64,000 nt of DNA from Azolla caroliniana (Eukaryota > Plantae > Polypodiophyta), in the NCBI GenBank assembly GCA_043228905.1, contig JBHGNT010000010.1, positions 18,414,001-18,478,000 on the forward strand. Reading direction: 5' to 3'. Position 1 is the stretch's first letter; each line of letters opens with the position of its first letter. The notes under the pieces are model-generated. The model was not told the origin of the DNA. It did not search any database and saw only the letters and a list, made by a program, of their open reading frames with translations. Made by a program: the position numbers and the translations under genes. Of the stretch, positions 57,573-64,000 are shown in pieces.

Positions 57573-58843
57573 AAATAAATAAATAAAATAATGCAATTAA
57601 GTAATTAAATCAGATATGCATGTACACGGCTATTAGTAGTGTCGCCCCATTATAATCAACTTGTCGTTTTTCCATGCTTTGAAATGTATAATATTGTTGT
57701 ATTCACAATGTCACCTTCACTTGCAACCACGAGAATATCAATAAGCATGAGAAGGTAACTAAGTGGCTGCTAGGTAGCTAAGTACTACACATATAAAACA
57801 TGAAATTTGGCAAAACTAACAATTCCCAACTAGCTGATTTTTGGGAAGTGAGATGATATAATCAAAAGGTGTTTGAAGTCAGAATCTTGAAACTTCTCTT
57901 TCAATTGGTGTGCCAAACGTTTACGATCAAGATATAGCTTTTTCGGGGAAAAACATTTCATTTAGTGGCAAAATTTCATTCTCTAACAGTCTCTTTATCA
58001 AGATAGACTCTATTGGACCCAAAAAATGCATAATGGTTCAAAGCAGATACTTCCTCATGTCAAACTTTAAGTGAAACAAGATGAGAATTATTTTATCTTA
58101 TTAAACAATATCCTCTATCCATAGCCTAACTTTCCAAAAGAAAAACATATTTGTTCAAAAAATACTTTATCATATCACACTTGGAAGTGAAACATAAACA
58201 AGAATCATTGCTCATCATCCAGCTAAAAACACCATTTTCTATCTATAGACTAATTCTTAGGCTGAAGTTCAAAGATCCACTGACATTACCAATAATCTCT
58301 TATTGCATTAAATTATGAACAAATCAAACTTTAACAGTACTAAAAAGAAACGGTTTTACTTACGGCTCATTTTTTGATATGCACACATGATCATTATCTC
58401 GAACCACAGAATTCAACAACCCTCGGGTACCCTCCAAAGTACCTTGCTTTGTGCATGACTTATAACCCTACATAATATAGAATAATTTGTTTGCATATAC
58501 TCATATACATAATATAAAACAACTTGTTGGGATATTCATACAATATATAGTAGAAATGTTGTGAAAATCTACAAAATAAAATCCGACAAAACAATCTGCA
58601 CTAACAGTAGAGTTATAAATCCAGATAATCCTAACAGTTAATCTTAAACTCTAGAACCTGACGCTATGGATAAAATGGAAAGCTAAATACTAGGATATTC
58701 TGATCCCAGCACTACACAAAAACGAGCATATAACCTTAACCATAACCATAACAATAAACATAAAAGATAACTTAAACAAAATCACCATTGGAAGGAATGT
58801 GAAATAGAATTAGTGAGATCTGTAAATATGCAGATTGGATTAT

Positions 58844-58918
58844 AACTTTAAACGTTTAACCAAAGCCTAACTTTAAACGTTTAACCAAAGCCTAACTTTA
58901 AACGTTTAACCAAAGCCT
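58844..58918. repeat. 25-bp tandem repeat x3 containing the palindrome TTAAACGTTTAA
   Basis: AACTTTAAACGTTTAACCAAAGCCT three times. Confidence 0.92.
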
Positions 58919-59239
58919 ATAGGCAGATAGTATATATAGATTTCTAAATCCAATTAAAACATGTGAAGTTATTACTGCTACAACTAAACCGAGGGTAAGA
59001 TTGATAATACTGTATGATTCGAAATATTTTGCCCTAGCCATCAAATCAAATCCAAACGAAATGGAAATACATCTATTTACATTTGACCCACCCAGCATTA
59101 GGGTCCGATACACACAAATCCTGACTTCCTGCACACAAGCACTGACTTCCTGGGCACGGAACTAACATAAAACGGCTCTCTGAAGACATAAAAAAACTGT
59201 TTTCAAGAAAACAGAGAGAGAGAGAGAGTGTGTGTGTAC

Positions 59240-59305
59240 CAAGAGAGAAGAAGAACGACTCCTGAGAGAGACGATGATGGCATAGGTAGAAGAAGAAGAA
59301 GCCAT
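59240..59305 (-). CDS. Probable first coding exon (MASSSSTYAIIVSLRSRSSSLL) of the gene continuing at about 57570
   Basis: GCCATGGC start context, MASS-type S/R-rich start, GT donor after 22 codons, GA-rich leader with AAACCCTA upstream. Confidence 0.5.
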
Positions 59306-59452
59306 GGCTTTTATCTCTGATTTCTCTCTTTCTTTTTCTCTTCTAACGCTCTCGCTGTGTGTTTTTCCTCTCTGCAGAAAAAACAGAGCAGGTAGGGTTT
59401 TGAAGGGTTTCAGGCTATTATTCTTATTATTAGTATTATTACTACTACAACA

Positions 59453-59490
<38 letters not shown>

Positions 59491-59654
59491 TAAACCACAT
59501 ACCCCTCATGCTCAGGCTTAGGCCCAAGCTCATGCTCAAGGGGTGCTAATTTTTTGTAATTTATGAAAACTATGAAACTCTCCTCTCCATTCCTAAACCA
59601 TGGAACTCTTCTCGTGATGATGATGATGATGAACCCAATTCCTGAGTCGCCCGA

Positions 59655-59970
59655 CCAAGTTACTGATATACATCTATATATGGATTCAAAACTCTTCTCA
59701 TGATGATGAGTGATACTCACCACATGACACACGCACGTGAAAAGTCTGTAAGGTGGTCTGCTTGATTCCCATCGAGTCACCGAAGTTAATGATTGTGTGG
59801 AACCAGAACTGCTACCCAACCAAGTTCCTGGTATACATCTATATATAGATTTGAAACTCTTCTCGTGATGATGAGCGATACTCACCACATGACACGCACG
59901 TGAAAAGTCCGTAAGGTGGTCTGTCTGATTCCTAGCGAGTCACCGAAGTTAATGATTGTGTGGAACCATA
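59655..59970. repeat. ~165-bp direct repeat x2, each unit with a CACGTG G-box; degenerate copies extend to about 60365
   Basis: Units start at about 59655 and 59820 (CCAAGTT..ATACATCTATATA..GCACGTGAAAAGTC..GTGTGGAACCA). Confidence 0.85.
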
Positions 59971-60782
59971 ACTATTTCCTATGAAAGGTGGTCATCAGCT
60001 TCGTCCATGTGCACCCAGACTTAGAACTCTTCTATTGATGATGAGATCATCCCACAACAACCCACTTGAAAAGTCGGTCACCTCATGCTCAAAATGTAGT
60101 TATTGGATTCTCGACCAACCACCAAGTTAATGATATAATGAATCGGAGAACTCTTCTCATGATGATATCAATCGCATTGACAACCACTTTGAAATTTCAA
60201 TCGCCTTGTTGTCAAAAGTGGTCCTTGAAATCCCTACCAATAACCAAGTTAACGAATAAGGAATCAGAACTTAGTAATATTATCCTAATCCCTACCAACA
60301 ACCAAGTTAACAAATAAGGAATTAGAACTCAGTAATATTATCACAAGACGCAACCACTTGAAAACTCACTCGCCTCTCAATTGAAAGGTTTCCTTCTAAA
60401 TGTTTTTTTGTTTTTGTATCGAACCTCATTTTCTCATTTTCTTTTTCCACACATAGCTAATGTTCGTGTGCTAATACATGCTTCGCACTTTCTTGAGATT
60501 CTAGCTAATGAAGTTTATACCAATGTGTCACAAATACCCCACATCATACATCTATGTTCGTATCACTTTTAATAGAGATGCATATAAATCACATACCTCT
60601 TTACATAGTGAAGTATTAACGAGATATGACCAAGAACAAAGCTTCATAAATCGTCTACTACATCTACACACAATAATAGGACAATACAAGTTTTACTACA
60701 CACATGTACCATAATGGTTCTAGGTGAGACATTCTTTTGTGATCCAAATTGCATATGATAGTCACAAAGAAAGTTTTTGAAA

Positions 60783-61040
60783 GCTACTCATTGCGCCTCT
60801 GTGGGTTTGCCACCCATCGGCTCGCGCACATGTTAGACTCCTTGGTCCTTGTTTCAAGACAGGTCGGATGGAAAGCCCAGAGCGCCAAATCCCGAGCATG
60901 CAAGTGCATATAGCCCGCCTAACAGCACATGTTTCGTTCCTCGGCTGGTACAGCAGCATCGGCGAGCCAACGAAAGCTCGCCGTTGTCCCATCGTGCCAA
61001 CCCACACTGACCAACGCCCCACATCAAGCAATGGACCACC
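60783..61040 (-). pseudogene. Dispersed nuclear LSU (25S/26S) rRNA fragment (D2 region and following core)
   Basis: Minus strand CGACCTGTCTTGAAACAAGGACCAAGGAGTCTAACATGTGCGCGAG matches the conserved LSU motif CGACCCGTCTTGAAACACGGACCAAGGAGTCTAAC with 2 changes. Confidence 0.88.
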
Positions 61041-61701
61041 TCACACCATTCGACAATATTAGACCTTCAATTTTATTGCAATGCCAACAATTTTCAAAAA
61101 CCAACATACACTAATCATTTTTTTTGTTAGGTTCTTCACAATTAGACAAAATTTGGCTGTTTCTCTTGAGACCTATGACAATGCATCTCCGCATAGAGAA
61201 TTTGTTAACAATTTATTTATTTTCCATTGATTCCATTATGAAGATCACCTTCAGATGTGTAAGTGTCACAAAGATCATCACTGGTTGAGAATTCAACAAT
61301 ATGCTCTACCATGGAAGGGGAGATGGAACAAAAAATAGTGAGAATTGTAAAAACCCTCCTTGCCAGCAACTACTTATACAATTCTCCCTACAAAGCTTAT
61401 AGATGTGTGCGCCTTGAATCATCTTTGTCTCTCTAATGCAACTGGGATACATTTAGAATTGCAACCACCCACATCTCCTGTTTTCTTTAACAAGTACACA
61501 AATGTTATGTTCAGCTTTTTTTGGCACTTCTTCAAACAAATTAATAACAGTAATTAAGCTTCTTTATGAAGACACAATACACCACAATACTGTGTCATAT
61601 TGCACTTCGATATTCTACCAAACACTTGATATCCTCGATTATACAAATGTATTATATAAATCACAAATTTATACACACGGATCGTAAATCAATCTAGACA
61701 A

Positions 61702-63286
61702 TCAATTACAAAGCCTTGCGAGCCATGTAGGAAGTATTAAAGAAGATTCAAGTCCGAGGCGCTTCTGGAAGATGACATACAGTATGTGGAGAAGAAAAAC
61801 AAATGAGCCACAATTCACCAAAACCTGCACAATATCGGTTAGCTTCTCAATACTTATCAAATGTTAGCACAATTCTATTGATTGAAAAAACTTTATAAGG
61901 ACCTATCTTTCTTTTCTTTTCTTTTTTCTACACAAGACCCTTTTGCTTTATGAGAATACCCCAAGATTTTATTTCTTTTGCAAAGGGTAAAACTCAAGAA
62001 TGCCCCCTAACGTATCAGAATCACTCCTGGATTTTTCTCCTACAAGGTAGAGGAAAACATGAGAATAGCCCTGAAATTTGGATATTCTACCAGAAATACT
62101 TCCCTGATTTAGCTTTTCAATACTTGGGAGTAAGCTAGTCATTACTTGAAACCAAGGGTATTCTGGTCATTCTTTGAAACTGGAGGTTTTGCTTGTCATG
62201 TTTCAACACTGAGGGGTATTAGTCATCTTTTAAGGCCAAACAGTATTCTCGTCATTCCAGTCACCCTTGAAAACCGTGGGATATCCTCTCGTGGTAACAA
62301 TACCCAAATATGGGGGTATTCTCATGTTTTCCTTTCCCCAAAAGAATTCTTGAAGGAAAGACCTACCAAACTCCCAAATATGAAATAAATGGTTCCCATT
62401 GAAGGTACAAAATTGATTCCCATTGCCGAAAGCAGGTAAGCTATCGATGCATGCGCATTAATTGTGATCTGAAAACCGATAAAACATTATATTACATTTC
62501 AAAGAGTTGTTAGTAGAGGGTTCCTCCAAATCTAGTTTCTTTGGTTAAAGAAAAATATAAAAATGTTTCTTTAAATGTCATATAAATGCATGATTTAAAC
62601 TTACAAGTGCAAGAAGATTATCTCGTAACAACCATGAAGAGAGAAGCACAAAGCCAATTGCACCCATGCTTCGGACCTGGTATACAACACACACACACAC
62701 ACACACACACAACATTGAAATTTGGTGTGAATGAGATATTTTGGAACGTAATAAATAAAACCTTGAATTCTAGAAATAAAAAACTGTAGTTCACGTAGTA
62801 ATCTTTCACATTCCTATTCTGCCATGGTAGGCATACAAGAATGCAAAAAATGTCATTACTTTCTAGAGCATGACTGCATTTTCAGTGCATGTATGTGTGT
62901 GACATATCCCAAAGAAATTCAAATCTATCAACATAACTTACCAATGTGCAAATCATAAGTGAAAAAACCCATCTAACCTCCAACCTACACAAAGAAATGG
63001 ATGTTACTGTCATTTGTGAAAACATATATGATGATGTAGAGAGAGGATAGACTTTAAAAAGTCACCTCCATAGTGCCCCCATTGTTAAGCCAAGAAAACC
63101 ATGCATGAGCTGCAAAAATGACAGAAGAAAAACGTATATATGGTTATCTCAACATTTTCATTCATTCCACAATGATTAGTCCTATATTGAAGATCAAATT
63201 AATGACTTAGCTTTCAATATACATACCAAATAAGAGGCAGCTCTTATGGGACCAGATAACACAAGAAGTAACACAGCAGTTGCAAC
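61702..63286 (-). CDS. 3' six exons of a DUF2232-like multi-pass membrane protein gene (not in the ORF track)
   Basis: AG/GT-bounded, frame-compatible exons 63227-63286, 63066-63109, 62942-62984, 62605-62676, 62367-62468 and 61702-61824 give VATAVLLLVLSGPIRAASYL-LMHGFLGLTMGALWR-LEVRWVFSLMICTL-VRSMGAIGFVLLSSWLLRDNLLAL-ITINAHASIAYLL..IFGSL-VLVNCGSFVFLLHILY..LPTWLARLCN*. The family call is from recall. Confidence 0.85.
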
Positions 63287-63827
63287 CTGAAAAGATTGTA
63301 ATAGTTCGTATTGTCATTCTTGTAATTCTTGAGGTTTAAATACAGCCACAAAAATGAGATATCATAATATTCACACATATTTTCTTGATATATCCTTATA
63401 TTTACAATCTGAAAATTTATCAGAATGTTTCTCGACTACAAGGATATTGGATGATCTATGACATTGATAAAAAAAACGTTTAATTTGGAAAACGTTTAAT
63501 AAGAATGTCTCATATAGAATGATAGTAATACCCATACACCGACATATGGAATTCTGCTTTTCAACATATTTCCTCAAAGGATAAGGCTTCCTTAGAAGAC
63601 AGGAAAATTATCATCAGTCCCAAGGCTCCTCTTGTGCCTTTTTCATAAGATAAGTCAAACATATTCCAGCATTGCTCACATTCCCTACTTAGTTTTGTGA
63701 CTTCCCCTCAAATTATGCACCTCTTGACATTCTTTTGTGATTTATTTATAGCTTGAGGTACAGGTTTTCATTCTCTTAACAGATTCTGCATAAATTATTT
63801 TTATTAGTGATGCATTTCATTTACTAC

Positions 63828-64000
63828 TGTTACCCGGCCGGCAAAGGAGCTAAGGACGCCAAGACTGTTGTTATTTGGGAATCTGTTGTAATTACTAGTC
63901 TTAATATATTAATATATGAGAAGATGTGGACAGACGGACCAGAATCGGTATGCCGATCCGGATACGAACCGATCCCGAATAGGTGCCGGTTGGCACCGTT
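63828..64000 (+). mobile_element. Start of an LTR (same family as the solo LTR at 35398), cut by the window edge, probably intronic
   Basis: TGTTACCCGGCCGGCAAAGGAGCTA... aligns with 35398 onward. Confidence 0.85.

Noticed and set aside
59162-59549. Poly-Ile ORFs on both strands
   Set aside because: Caused by an (ATT)n microsatellite in a promoter or leader region.

Overview
Land-plant nuclear DNA, probably a fern or another seed-free vascular plant (inferred from the very long intronless PLS-class PPR gene and the retroelement types; not proven). Bases 1-40.3 kb are a five-level nest of LTR retrotransposons whose junctions can be resolved to the base. A decayed Copia (F) contains Ty3/Gypsy A (398-37753), A contains B (1622-32992), and B's 3' LTR contains C (9934-32310, minus strand). 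C contains two very young elements with apparently identical LTRs: Gypsy D (14702-24737, intact Gag-Pol, an internal A62 tract and a second ~1000-aa coiled-coil ORF) and Copia E (25164-30639). A, B and C are diverged members of one unusual lineage. They share a tRNA-Trp primer site, 4-bp CG-centred target duplications, protease encoded in the Gag frame, and a G_GAU_UUU -1 frameshift site followed by a covarying pseudoknot before RT. They also carry covarying stems around the PBS and before the PPT. Bases 40-64 kb are AT-rich genic DNA with a 1483-aa PLS-E PPR gene, a two-exon OXS3-like gene, a small ORF fusing a targeting-peptide-like segment to a lone PPR E2/E+ module, an LSU rRNA fragment, and six 3' exons of a DUF2232-like membrane protein gene with an LTR in its upstream intron. 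All calls were made by eye; no database searches were run.
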